From: Candidatus Poriferisocius sp. | GTDB taxonomy: Bacteria; Actinomycetota; Acidimicrobiia; Acidimicrobiales; Bin134 | DNA length: 64,000 nucleotides | Direction: 5' to 3' | Assembly: GCA_965208545.1 (NCBI GenBank) | Contig: OZ242341.1 | Coordinates: 543,380 to 607,379 of the forward strand | Shown: positions 24,881-34,098 of the stretch, piece after piece | How the letters are laid out: each line of letters begins with the position of its first letter | Numbering within the stretch: position 1 is the first letter of the stretch | Position numbers and translations under genes: made by a program | The notes under the pieces: model-generated | Databases searched by the model: none | What the model was told of the DNA's origin: nothing | Seen by the model: only the letters and a program-made list of their open reading frames with translations

Positions 24881-26167
24881 ATGACCAAGCTGATCGGTTT
24901 GCTTGTCGTGCTCGGCACCATCGCGCTGGCCTGCGGTTCTTCGGAAACGACTCAGACCACGGGCCCAACCACAACCATTGAAGTTCCAGCCAATGCAACC
25001 GTCGCTCTTGAGCCCACGGTCTCGGCCGTGTTGGCGCCGACCGTTGCTCGACAGCCCGCTGATTCATCGGCCCCCGCAGGCGAGTGGGTTGCCGGAGTCA
25101 ACGCCGCTGGGTGGGAATTCCACCGACAACTGAAGGGCAACGCGGTGTCCAGCCCATTGAGCATCGGTCTCGCGTTCAGCCTGAGCCGGGCCGGGGCCTC
25201 TGCGGATTCCGGAGCCCAACTCGACAGGATCTTCGGATTTCCGGGTGTTGGAGTACACCGTGCCGCCAACACCGTTGATCTCCGATTGGCCAAGGCCTCG
25301 GTAGAGACCACCACCTTGGAGGTGGCCAACCGGCTCTTCCCCGACGACGGGTTTTCGCCGCTGCCCGCCTTCATCGACACTGCCTCAGCCCACTACGGAG
25401 CATCCATCCAGCCGGTCGACACTGCTGATGCCGAAAGTGCGGCCAATGCCATCAACCGCTGGGTGTCGGAGGGCACCCGCGGCCTGATCCCAACCATCGT
25501 GAGCGAAAGCGTCGTCAGAGACCAGAAGCTGATCTTGGTGAACACCGTTTACCTCAAGGCCGACTGGCTTGTGCCGTTCTTGGCCGACCTGACCCGCGTC
25601 GACGAGTTCACCACCGCCGAGGGCCAGCCGGTGGCAGTGCCCTTCATGCGCGACTACGACCCCGTTGAACGCCGCTTTGTCCGGCTGATCCACTCCGATG
25701 TTGTGGAGCTCCCCTACCAAGGCGGCGAATTGGCAATGTGGCTGATCGTCCCCCACGAATCCATCGGACTAGGCGCGGTCGAGGAATCACTCAGCGCCGG
25801 GACACTGACTGGGCTGGCCGATATGGCGCAGGAGGGATTGGTGCACCTCACCATGCCCAAGTGGGAGCAGACCCTTCCACCCACCGACCTGTTCGAGTGG
25901 CTCTGTCCTCAGGGTTTCTGCGCTGGTGCGGGCTTCGACGGCATCGCCCCCGGCATTTTCATCACCGCCGCGCTGCACGGCGCCAAGGTGATTGTGGACG
26001 AGAAAGGCACCGAAGCCGCCGCCGCTACTGCCGCGGCCTTTGCCGAATCCGCACCGCCTGAGCCCGATCTCACCGTCGTCGCCGACCGCCCCTTCCTTTG
26101 GGCCATCACCCACAAGGACACTGGCGCAATTCTGTTCATCGGCCGCCTCGTCGATCCCGCGGTATAG
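24881..26167 (+). CDS. serpin (serine protease inhibitor) lipoprotein
   Basis: Lipobox TIALACGS. Serpin body SPLSIGLAFSL and LVNTVYLKADW. Inhibitory-type hinge and reactive-centre loop KGTEAAAATAAAFAESAPP, followed by DRPFLWAI. Confidence 0.85.
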   Translation: MTKLIGLLVVLGTIALACGSSETTQTTGPTTTIEVPANATVALEPTVSAVLAPTVARQPADSSAPAGEWVAGVNAAGWEFHRQLKGNAVSSPLSIGLAFSLSRAGASADSGAQLDRIFGFPGVGVHRAANTVDLRLAKASVETTTLEVANRLFPDDGFSPLPAFIDTASAHYGASIQPVDTADAESAANAINRWVSEGTRGLIPTIVSESVVRDQKLILVNTVYLKADWLVPFLADLTRVDEFTTAEGQPVAVPFMRDYDPVERRFVRLIHSDVVELPYQGGELAMWLIVPHESIGLGAVEESLSAGTLTGLADMAQEGLVHLTMPKWEQTLPPTDLFEWLCPQGFCAGAGFDGIAPGIFITAALHGAKVIVDEKGTEAAAATAAAFAESAPPEPDLTVVADRPFLWAITHKDTGAILFIGRLVDPAV

Positions 26168-26182
26168 CCGCGGCTGGGACCG

Positions 26183-26383
26183 TCAGTAGCGGATGGCGCG
26201 GCTGGGGCAGAGTGTGGCGGCTTCCTCGACTACATCCCGCTCGGATTCGGGGGGATGGCTGTCGATGACATGCGACAGTGTGTCGTCACCTAGTCGGAAC
26301 ACCAGGGGCGCAACCCGCTCGCAGTAGCCGACCCCCTGGCACTGCTGGTGGTCGACGGTGACGTGCAACTGCTCTTTTCCCAT
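26183..26383 (-). CDS. small ferredoxin (single 3Fe-4S/4Fe-4S cluster type), P450 partner
   Basis: CQGVGYC ... CPSRAI cysteine pattern. It lies directly downstream of a P450 gene. Confidence 0.8.
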   Translation of the reverse strand: MGKEQLHVTVDHQQCQGVGYCERVAPLVFRLGDDTLSHVIDSHPPESERDVVEEAATLCPSRAIRY

Positions 26384-26389
26384 GTGCGT

Positions 26390-27688
26390 CTACAACTTGG
26401 TCAGCAAAATCGGGAAGCGTCCGTAGGCGTCGTGGTGGCTGGCCTCGGTGTAGGTGGGCGGATCGTCGGCGTCGATCTCTATGCCAGCCTCGTAGAGCGC
26501 ACTGGCGATGTTGACCAGGGTGCCGTCGGTGCCCTCGTCGTTGTCGGTGCGGGCCGAGAGGCCGGTGACCAGGGTGCGCCCGATGCAGATGTGCTCGCCG
26601 CCGCCGAAGGTGAGTCCCCAGGGCTTTACTGAGCTGACCTCCCGGTAGGGGTTGAATTCCCCGGCATCGGGGCCGAACACCTCGGGATCGCGGTTGGCCG
26701 GGGTAAACAGGCAGGCCACCCGCTCGTCGGTGGCGATGGTCTTTCCGTTGCTCAACTCCACGTCCTCGTTGGCAATCCGCAGCAGAGCAGGCGACGGCAG
26801 GTGCAGCCGCAGGGCCTCGTGGGCAGCCCGCTTGATGTACTCCCGGTCGGTTACCTTGGACCGGTCCTCGGGGTGGCTGTCGAACCACTCGTCGAGGTGG
26901 GCGATGAGGTGCGGCACAGAGTGGGTAGTGGTCTGGGTAGCAGCCACCAAGAACAGGCAGGCCTCCCGGATGGGCAGCCCCTCGTCCCAGTCGTCGTTCC
27001 AGTGCAGATAGAGCATGGTGATCAGATCGACAGGCAGCTCGTCCCGTTCGATCTCACCATGGTGAAACTGCTCGATGAGAGCTCGGCGGCGGGCCACTGA
27101 TGAGGCAAAGAAGTCGCGGTCGAAGTCATCGCGTACCGCCAAGATGCGCCTTATCACCTCGTCATGGTCCTCGGTGGACCACTCAACTGTGGCCCCCGTA
27201 CCCAGTTGCTCGACGTACTCCCGGAATGCGGTGGTTCGCTCAGGGGTGTCCACTCCGTCGATGCCGGTGGTGGCGGCGGCTATGCGGGCCAGCATGGTGC
27301 GCAGCAGCACGCAGAGGTCGGCTCGCACCACACCGTCGGCATCCCGATTGTCGCGACACTCCTCCAGCGTCTTGTCGATGAGCGGAATCAGCTCGGTGTG
27401 CTCGTAGTACTCGAGTGCGGCCTTGGCGAACAGCGGGGCCTCGAGCCGGCGGCGCTCGAAGTGCTCGTCGCCGTCGATGGTCAACAGGGAGCGCCCGAAG
27501 AACGGCTGGCTCTCCTGATGTGACCCCTGCCGGAAATTCCGCGACCGAAGAATCTCGTCGATTTCGGCATAGGTGGTGAAGTGCTGCAACCCCACAATGT
27601 GCGGAGGCGGCGGCATCTCTCGGATGGTGAGCTCTCGAGTCGGCAAAATGGGACCTCCCTGGCGAACCAGAACATAGCCGGTGAGCAA
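26390..27688 (-). CDS. cytochrome P450
   Basis: Heme-binding loop FGGGEHICIGRTL. TTG start at 27688, with an alternative ATG at 27616. Confidence 0.85.
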   Translation of the reverse strand: MLTGYVLVRQGGPILPTRELTIREMPPPPHIVGLQHFTTYAEIDEILRSRNFRQGSHQESQPFFGRSLLTIDGDEHFERRRLEAPLFAKAALEYYEHTELIPLIDKTLEECRDNRDADGVVRADLCVLLRTMLARIAAATTGIDGVDTPERTTAFREYVEQLGTGATVEWSTEDHDEVIRRILAVRDDFDRDFFASSVARRRALIEQFHHGEIERDELPVDLITMLYLHWNDDWDEGLPIREACLFLVAATQTTTHSVPHLIAHLDEWFDSHPEDRSKVTDREYIKRAAHEALRLHLPSPALLRIANEDVELSNGKTIATDERVACLFTPANRDPEVFGPDAGEFNPYREVSSVKPWGLTFGGGEHICIGRTLVTGLSARTDNDEGTDGTLVNIASALYEAGIEIDADDPPTYTEASHHDAYGRFPILLTKL

Positions 27689-27723
27689 TCGGGCATCCCT
27701 TTGGCCACTAGCGTGCGGGGGGC

Positions 27724-28551
27724 ATGCCGGTATTGCTGGGGGCCTTGGCGTCGGCGCTGATCGGCGTTTCCGACTATTTCGGGCGGTATTGCAGTCGGCG
27801 CGCCCATGCGATGACCACGGTGGGTACCGCCTTCGTGGGCGGGTTGGGCATCACCTTGGTGCTGGTGTTGATCGTGCCCAGCGCCATCACTGCTGCCGAC
27901 CTCCTTCTCGGCGCGGCCTCGGGAGTGCTAATCGCCATTGCCCTCTCGGCCATGTGGCACAGCTTGGCCGTGTCCTCGTCGGCCATCGCGTCGCCCATCG
28001 TGGCCGCCTTCACAGCATTGGGGCCTCTGACCTACGGATTTGCCACCGGCGAGCGCCCCACGCAGTTGGCCAACGTCGGCATTGCGGTGGCTGTGTTCGG
28101 GCTGCTTTTGGCGGTGATCGTGCCCCAATCCGTGACCAACGTCGGCACGGGCATTGCCTATGCCGTGCTGGGCGGCCTTGCCTTCACGGCGCTCATCGTG
28201 CTGTTGGATAAAACCAGCGTGGACAGCGGGATGTGGCCGGCGGTTACCCAGCGAGCGGCCGCCCTGGTGGTCATGCTGCTGGTAACTAGGGCCAGTCGCA
28301 TCCCTCAGATCCTGCCCCGCTCACTGCGGTTGGCCGCCCTGGCCGGGGGCATCGCCGGCGGCTCGGGCATGGCGTCGTTCATTGCTGGGGTGCAGCGGGG
28401 CCCGGTTGGGGAGGTCTCGGTGGCCGGGTCGCTCTATCCGGTGGTCACCATCGCCCTGGCGGTGATTTTGGATGACGACACCCTACGGTGGTGGCAAGCT
28501 GTGGGCATCGCCGCCGTGCTGGCCGGCACCACCCTGATCACCATCGGGTAG
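27724..28551 (+). CDS. EamA/DMT-family membrane transporter
   Basis: About 10 hydrophobic helices in a two-repeat layout. Confidence 0.65.
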   Translation: MPVLLGALASALIGVSDYFGRYCSRRAHAMTTVGTAFVGGLGITLVLVLIVPSAITAADLLLGAASGVLIAIALSAMWHSLAVSSSAIASPIVAAFTALGPLTYGFATGERPTQLANVGIAVAVFGLLLAVIVPQSVTNVGTGIAYAVLGGLAFTALIVLLDKTSVDSGMWPAVTQRAAALVVMLLVTRASRIPQILPRSLRLAALAGGIAGGSGMASFIAGVQRGPVGEVSVAGSLYPVVTIALAVILDDDTLRWWQAVGIAAVLAGTTLITIG

Positions 28552-28561
28552 AGGGCAGGAT

Positions 28562-29728
28562 TCAGGAGATCTCGTCGCCGTCTTGGGGCGCGGGCGGAAC
28601 ATGGGGGAACAGTTCCTCGAAGACGCCGATGGTGATGCGCCGCCGGACTTCTGGGCTCACATCGTCGAACAGCTCGTGCAGCGTCTTCTGGGTATGGCCG
28701 TACGTTCCCTCAAGGTGGGGGTAGTCGCTGCCCCAGCACACGTTCTTCCAGCCCATCGCGGTGTGGGCGGCTACCGCAGAGCGGTCGTGCTGGAAGGAGG
28801 CATAGATGTGCTCATACAGGTACTCGCTGGGCAGGCGACGCAGCTTGGGCCGCACCATGGAGGCGTGCTGGCGGTAGGCCTCATCGAGGCGGTCGGCCAC
28901 AAACGGGCCCCAGGTGGCACCCCCCTCCGACACGATCACCCTGATGTCGGGGTGGCGGTCGAAAACCCCTGAGGCGATCATCTTCGACACCGCCCGCTGC
29001 CCGCCGTAGGTGGTCTCCATATAGTTCAGCACCGCGCCGCCCGGCCCCCGCAGGTAGGCGCCGTGCATGGTGGAATCGTCGTGGGGCTCGGTGCCGATGT
29101 GAATGCCGACTACCAGGCCCGTCTCTTGGATGGCCGACCACACCGGCTCCCAGTCGTCGGTGTAATGCCAGTCTCGAGTGCCCAGCGGCGGCGCCACCGG
29201 GAAATAGACGGCCTTGAAACCGATATCGGTCGCCCGATGGATCTCCGCCACCGCGCTCTCCGCGGTGAGCAGCGGAATGGTGGCGGTGCAGACGTACCGG
29301 GGGGAATGCCGTTGGAAGTCGATGGCCCAGTCGTTGATGGCCTGGCTGCCGGCCGCCAGCAGTTCGGGGTCTTTGATCGATCCCGACCAGATGCCGATAG
29401 ACGGGTAGATCAACTCAGCCCAGATCCCCTCCTGGTTGAGATCCTTGATCCGCAGTTCTTTGTCGTTGGACCCCGGGGCGCGGCCCCCAACCGACAGCCC
29501 ATCCTCGTCGGTCAGGAACTTCGCGGCCGCGGGTATGGGCCGACGGAACTGTTGGCCGTCCACATGGATGGTCTCGTGAACCCCGTCGGGGTCCTTCACG
29601 CTTCGAGGCATCCGCTCAGCCAGCGACCGCGGCAGGCTTTGCTCAAACAGATCGTCTGGTTCAACGAGATGCGAGTCGCCCGAATTGGCCCAGATCTTGG
29701 TGGTCATGTGCTGTCCTTGTCGGCTCAC
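28562..29728 (-). CDS. amidohydrolase-2 family (ACMSD-like metal-dependent hydrolase/decarboxylase)
   Basis: N-terminal DSHLVEP and C-terminal WGSDYPHLEG motifs. GTG 29728 forms a GTGA overlap. An alternative ATG start is at 29707. Confidence 0.75.
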   Translation of the reverse strand: MSRQGQHMTTKIWANSGDSHLVEPDDLFEQSLPRSLAERMPRSVKDPDGVHETIHVDGQQFRRPIPAAAKFLTDEDGLSVGGRAPGSNDKELRIKDLNQEGIWAELIYPSIGIWSGSIKDPELLAAGSQAINDWAIDFQRHSPRYVCTATIPLLTAESAVAEIHRATDIGFKAVYFPVAPPLGTRDWHYTDDWEPVWSAIQETGLVVGIHIGTEPHDDSTMHGAYLRGPGGAVLNYMETTYGGQRAVSKMIASGVFDRHPDIRVIVSEGGATWGPFVADRLDEAYRQHASMVRPKLRRLPSEYLYEHIYASFQHDRSAVAAHTAMGWKNVCWGSDYPHLEGTYGHTQKTLHELFDDVSPEVRRRITIGVFEELFPHVPPAPQDGDEIS

Positions 29729-30192
29729 CCTCGCCGTTCAGCCGGTCGAGACCGGGGTACGGACATCTCCTCGTTGACGTGTTCGAACACGATCTCAACC
29801 CGGTCGCCAATAGCGACCGTCTCAGGATCGCAGTCGATGATGTTCACCAACATTCTCGCACCTGCGCCCTGGGTGCCGTCGAGTTCGACCACCCCCACCA
29901 CATAGGGCACCACCGGAGAAAGACCGGGGTGCAGCGGGTGGCGGACGACAATGCGAGAGAAGACGGTCCCGGTGCCAGGGAGCTCAACCCACTCCACCTC
30001 GCGGTGCTGGCATTCGAAGCAGAACGATTCGGGTGGGAGCCGGAAAGTGCCGCAGTGGGTGCAGCGGGGGGCCACCAGCCGATCCTGCTTGGCCGCGTCC
30101 CAAAACGGCTGGGTGCTCTCGTCGGCATGGGTTTCGGCCAGGAGCGTGGGAAAGACACCGGGCCGGACATCTCCGAAGGGGTTGGCGGTCAT
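29725..30192 (-). CDS. DUF35 Zn-ribbon/OB-fold protein (thiolase-associated)
   Basis: CTHCGTFRLPPESFCFEC zinc ribbon followed by an OB-fold segment. Confidence 0.75.
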   Translation of the reverse strand: MTANPFGDVRPGVFPTLLAETHADESTQPFWDAAKQDRLVAPRCTHCGTFRLPPESFCFECQHREVEWVELPGTGTVFSRIVVRHPLHPGLSPVVPYVVGVVELDGTQGAGARMLVNIIDCDPETVAIGDRVEIVFEHVNEEMSVPRSRPAERRG

Positions 30193-30193
30193 C

Positions 30194-31414
30194 TCACCTC
30201 CTCAACAACGTTCCGCTCACCGGCAGACTGGCCGGACCCCCGGTGACCAGCGCGATCTCCGCACCCTCCACCTGGTTGATGGCCGTGCCCCGCAGCTGCT
30301 CAACCGCCTCGACGATGTGGGTCATGCCGATGATGTAGGAGTCGGACAGGTTGCCACCGTGGGTGTTGACCGGAATCGTCCCGGTGCCAAACCGGATGTT
30401 GCCGTCTTCGACAAACGAACCGCCTTCGCCGACAGGGCAGAACCCGTAGTCCTCCAGCTGCAAGACCACTAGCGGGGAGAAGTGGTCGTACAGCAGCGCC
30501 ACATCCACATCCTCTGGACCGACTCCAGCCATCCCGTACAAGCGCTGGGCCACCGGCCGGTGGCCCGAGGAGGCGAACTCCTCATCGGGGGTTTGGCAAT
30601 ACCGGAAGATGCCTGGACCCCAGCGTCCGGTTCCCCCGTGGGCCGAGGCCATGATGTAGGCGGGCGGCTGCTTGAGGTGCTTGGCCCGATCCGCGCTTAC
30701 GGTGATCACCGCCACCGCGCCGTCGCTCTCCATGGTGTAGTCGAGCAGGCACAGCGGATCGGAGACCATGCGGGCATCGAAGTAGTCATCGACGGTCAGC
30801 GGCTCTCGGCGAAGCGACATCGGCCGCTTCATGGCGTTTTCCCGTTGCGAGATGCACACTTCAGCGAACGCCTCGCGGCGCGTCCCGTAGAGGTGCATGT
30901 GCCGGGCGGTGATCATCGAGAAGCTGTGACCCGGAGAGAGCAGGCCGTTGTTGGCGGTGAAGGCGGCTGTGGGTGGCATTCCGCCTCGCCCGTAGGCGCC
31001 GCCACCCCCCTCGCTCATCAAGGCGTAGGCCAGCATGCCGTCTACCGCGGTTCCGCCCAATCGTCGGTTGAGCTGCTGGAGCGACATCAGCGTCACACAG
31101 CAGGTGGCCATGCCTCCGGCAATGGCCGAGGCGGCCAGCCCTAGGGCACCGGCGCTTCCTCCGCCTCCCGAGGTGGTAGAGGCGGCGTAGCGGATTTCGG
31201 GAATCCCGAGGGTGGCGGCCACCGTCGCTGGATCACAGGCGTGGGCATAGATGGCGAATCCGTCGATGTCGGCCACAGTGAGCCCGGCGTCGTCCAGTGC
31301 GGCCAGGATCGCAGTGCAGGCCATCGACATCTCGGTCTCGGGGTATGACTGCCCCCGCTTCCAGTACGGCGTCCGGCCGATTCCGACGACCGCGGCCTGG
31401 TCCTTGATGGTCAC
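30194..31414 (-). CDS. thiolase-like protein (SCP-x / lipid-transfer-protein type)
   Basis: AAVVGIGRTPY at the N-terminus, the thiolase fold pattern, and pairing with DUF35. GTG start. Confidence 0.75.
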   Translation of the reverse strand: MTIKDQAAVVGIGRTPYWKRGQSYPETEMSMACTAILAALDDAGLTVADIDGFAIYAHACDPATVAATLGIPEIRYAASTTSGGGGSAGALGLAASAIAGGMATCCVTLMSLQQLNRRLGGTAVDGMLAYALMSEGGGGAYGRGGMPPTAAFTANNGLLSPGHSFSMITARHMHLYGTRREAFAEVCISQRENAMKRPMSLRREPLTVDDYFDARMVSDPLCLLDYTMESDGAVAVITVSADRAKHLKQPPAYIMASAHGGTGRWGPGIFRYCQTPDEEFASSGHRPVAQRLYGMAGVGPEDVDVALLYDHFSPLVVLQLEDYGFCPVGEGGSFVEDGNIRFGTGTIPVNTHGGNLSDSYIIGMTHIVEAVEQLRGTAINQVEGAEIALVTGGPASLPVSGTLLRR

Positions 31415-31419
31415 GGCGC

Positions 31420-33873
31420 TCAGCCTACGATTCCGCGCTCGCGCAGACCGGCGATCTCTTCTGCGCTCCTGCCCAGCTCGGCCAGGATGGCATCGGTGGA
31501 TTGCCCGGCCAGCACGCCGGGCCTGGCTTGGGTGGCCGAGCGGGAGAAACGCACGAATGGCGCCAGTCGGGGATGCTCCTCAAAGGTCGGATGCACAACA
31601 TCGACGATGTAGCCGCTGGCCCGGCCGAAGTCCTCGGCCAGCATCATCTCCTCGGAGAAACCCAGATGCAGTTTTGTGCAGCCAATGCCTTGGGCCAACA
31701 GCTCTGTCTCCCAAGCCGCCGCTGTACGGCGGGCGAACACGCGGGCCAGTGCCTCGCGCAGGGCATCGGCGTTGGCTGTTCGGCTCTCGGCATCGACGAA
31801 CCGGTCGTCCCTCCCGAGATTGACGTCGTTGCCCAGCGCGTCCACCAACCGGTCCCAATCCCCGTTGCCAGAGGCAGCCAGCATCACGTAGCCCTCCTGG
31901 GATTCATAGATGCTGTGCAGCGGACTCAGTCCTCGCAACTGGTCATCGGGGGTCGGCGGTGGCGGCGCGCCGTCGTAGGTCACGGTGTGAGCCGACATGG
32001 CGTGAGCGCCGGTGTTGAGCATCGACGAGAAGAGTTCCTGCCCTCCCGCCCCCGCATCCCGTGCCACCAGCCCGAACAGGATCGCCGAGGCCACCCCGAG
32101 GGCGGCAAAGCCATCCGCTTGGGCGTTGGCCGAGGTGTTGGCGGCCGATAGACGGCGCATACCGTCGCGGATCTGCTCAATGGTGAGGTCGGGGTGCTCG
32201 GGCACGGTGGTGCCGACGTTGGCCAGCGGAATGCCGCTGGCCGCTCCAATGCTGGGCGCGAATGCCGGCCGGTCGCCAAAGGGGCCATCCACTCCGTACC
32301 CGGGCGCATTGACGTAGATCAGGTCGGGGTTCAGCTTCTTCAGGCTCTGGTAGTCGAGCTGCATCCGCTGGACTGCTCCGGCTCGGAATCCCTGGACCAC
32401 AACATCGACGTCCTTGATGATCTCCTGGACCAGAGCCCGTCCCTCATCGGTCGAGAGGTCCACGCAGATGCTCTCTTTGCCCTGCATCACCTTGGCCCCG
32501 CCCGCTTCGGGGAAGGGGATTATGGCGCGGATCACGTCACCCGACATCTGCTCGACCTTGATGACTCGGGCTCCGAGATCGGTGAGCATGGTGGTGCCAT
32601 GGGGGGCGGCGAACAGCACTGCGAGCTCGAGGATCTTCACTCCGGACAGCGGCAGTTCGCTGGGGCCGTTCGATGTGCTGCTGGCCAGTGCAGGCCCGTC
32701 GGCCATTGCCGATAGCTCATCCAAGATCTCTTGGCGGTGCTGGTCCAATGCCGGTGCGCTGCGCTCCAAAAGAGCCGGCGTTGTCCCCGCCTTGACCAGT
32801 GCGCCGGGCTGGCGCACCGGGCCGCGCCCAATGTCGTGGAGTTCGGCCACCATCTGGTCGTGGACGAGCTGGGGGTGCTCCAGCACCCTTGGTCCGTTGC
32901 GGAACTGCTCGGCGAACACGTTGTGGTCCTGTTCGAACACCTCATGCCATTCGGCCAAGGTCTTCTGCTTGGCCGCTTCCAGCATTCGGGTCCACAGCTC
33001 CATGCGCTTTCCGGCGTCGCTCAGCACCGGAATGCCCTCCCACTCTTCGTCGGCGAACATCCAATCCAAGCCGAGCGCCTTCATCTTGGCGGCAAACAGG
33101 TGGGGGCCGACCGAGGCAAACTGAAGCCAGTGCCCGTCAGCAGTGAGGGCCACGATCAACATGATGATGAGGGGGCTGATCGGACAGCCTTGATCGTCGT
33201 AGGCCTCGGTCGGAGAGTAGGCGTCGGGCCACCGCTGGGCGATCAGGTACTCGAACCAGCCCCACGGATCAAGGGTGGCGAATCCTTGGGCCAAGTTGGT
33301 TTCGACCAGTTGCCCCCGACCGCTTCGCGACCGCTCGTAGAGAGCGGCAAGAGTGCCATGAAGCGCCACCTGGCTGGCCGAGAAGGCGGCGAAGGGCGCG
33401 GTTACGAAAGGGGGTGCGTCGTAGGGGCTCATCCGCCCGAACAGGTAGTTGATGCCCAACTTGGCCAACACCAGATCCTCGTCGACGGGTACGTCGACAT
33501 AGGGCCCTTGTCGTCCGAACGCGGTGATCGACGTGTGGATGAGTCCAGGGTTGGCTTCGGCCAGAGAGTCGTGGGACAGGCCGAGCTCATCGATTACCCC
33601 CGGCTTGAACGTTTCGATCAGCACATCGGCCTGGATGGCGAGCCGACGCACGATCTCTCGGTCATGGGCTTCGTGGAGGTCCAATGAAATGCTGCGCTTG
33701 CCCCGGCACCAAAACGGGTATGCCGCCTCCCGGCGCATGGCCGAACCCCCTGGCGGCTCCACCCACACCACATCGGCGCCGAAGTCAGAAAAAAACTGGC
33801 TGACCTGGGCGCCGATCCGGTTGGGCGACAGATCGAGCACCCGAAGATTGCCGAAGGGGTCCACAAATCGCAC
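31420..33873 (-). CDS. tandem (fused two-domain) family III CoA-transferase (CaiB/BaiF type)
   Basis: Two N-terminal signatures: LRVLDLSPNRIGAQVSQFFSDFGADVVWVEPPGG and GVKILELAVLFAAPHGTTMLTDLGARVIKVEQ. 817 aa. GTG start. Confidence 0.75.
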   Translation of the reverse strand: MRFVDPFGNLRVLDLSPNRIGAQVSQFFSDFGADVVWVEPPGGSAMRREAAYPFWCRGKRSISLDLHEAHDREIVRRLAIQADVLIETFKPGVIDELGLSHDSLAEANPGLIHTSITAFGRQGPYVDVPVDEDLVLAKLGINYLFGRMSPYDAPPFVTAPFAAFSASQVALHGTLAALYERSRSGRGQLVETNLAQGFATLDPWGWFEYLIAQRWPDAYSPTEAYDDQGCPISPLIIMLIVALTADGHWLQFASVGPHLFAAKMKALGLDWMFADEEWEGIPVLSDAGKRMELWTRMLEAAKQKTLAEWHEVFEQDHNVFAEQFRNGPRVLEHPQLVHDQMVAELHDIGRGPVRQPGALVKAGTTPALLERSAPALDQHRQEILDELSAMADGPALASSTSNGPSELPLSGVKILELAVLFAAPHGTTMLTDLGARVIKVEQMSGDVIRAIIPFPEAGGAKVMQGKESICVDLSTDEGRALVQEIIKDVDVVVQGFRAGAVQRMQLDYQSLKKLNPDLIYVNAPGYGVDGPFGDRPAFAPSIGAASGIPLANVGTTVPEHPDLTIEQIRDGMRRLSAANTSANAQADGFAALGVASAILFGLVARDAGAGGQELFSSMLNTGAHAMSAHTVTYDGAPPPPTPDDQLRGLSPLHSIYESQEGYVMLAASGNGDWDRLVDALGNDVNLGRDDRFVDAESRTANADALREALARVFARRTAAAWETELLAQGIGCTKLHLGFSEEMMLAEDFGRASGYIVDVVHPTFEEHPRLAPFVRFSRSATQARPGVLAGQSTDAILAELGRSAEEIAGLRERGIVG

Positions 33874-33954
33874 GTTAGTTGTTGATGGGAGAATCCACCG
33901 CTGGCCTTGGGTCGCCGTGCGGAATTCGTGCTCAGCGTCTAAATTACGGCCGAG

Positions 33955-33995
33955 CCGGGGAGAGGAGGACGGGAGGGGGGCAATCCTCTCCCCGG
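33955..33995 (-). terminator. candidate hairpin terminator downstream of the phosphomannomutase gene
   Basis: 12-bp perfect stem CCGGGGAGAGGA / TCCTCTCCCCGG with a 17-nt loop. There is no clear U-tract. Confidence 0.3.
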
Positions 33996-34098
33996 CCCGA
34001 ACCGCGAATCATTCCTGGTAACCCTCATCCTCTCGGGGAGACCGCCAGAAAGCAACGAGATTGGCGGGCATCTTGCGCCTATCTTGGGAGCGGGCGGG

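Noticed and set aside
26157-26173. CCGCGG-tatag-CCGCGG hairpin between the convergent serpin and ferredoxin genes
   Set aside because: The stem is only 6 bp, there is no T-tract, and it overlaps the serpin stop codon. That is too weak to call a terminator.
23830-26200. Possible genomic island or integration site at tRNA-Gly
   Set aside because: No integrase, recombinase or transposase, and no direct repeat of the tRNA 3' end, was seen downstream. Only the serpin hints at foreign origin.
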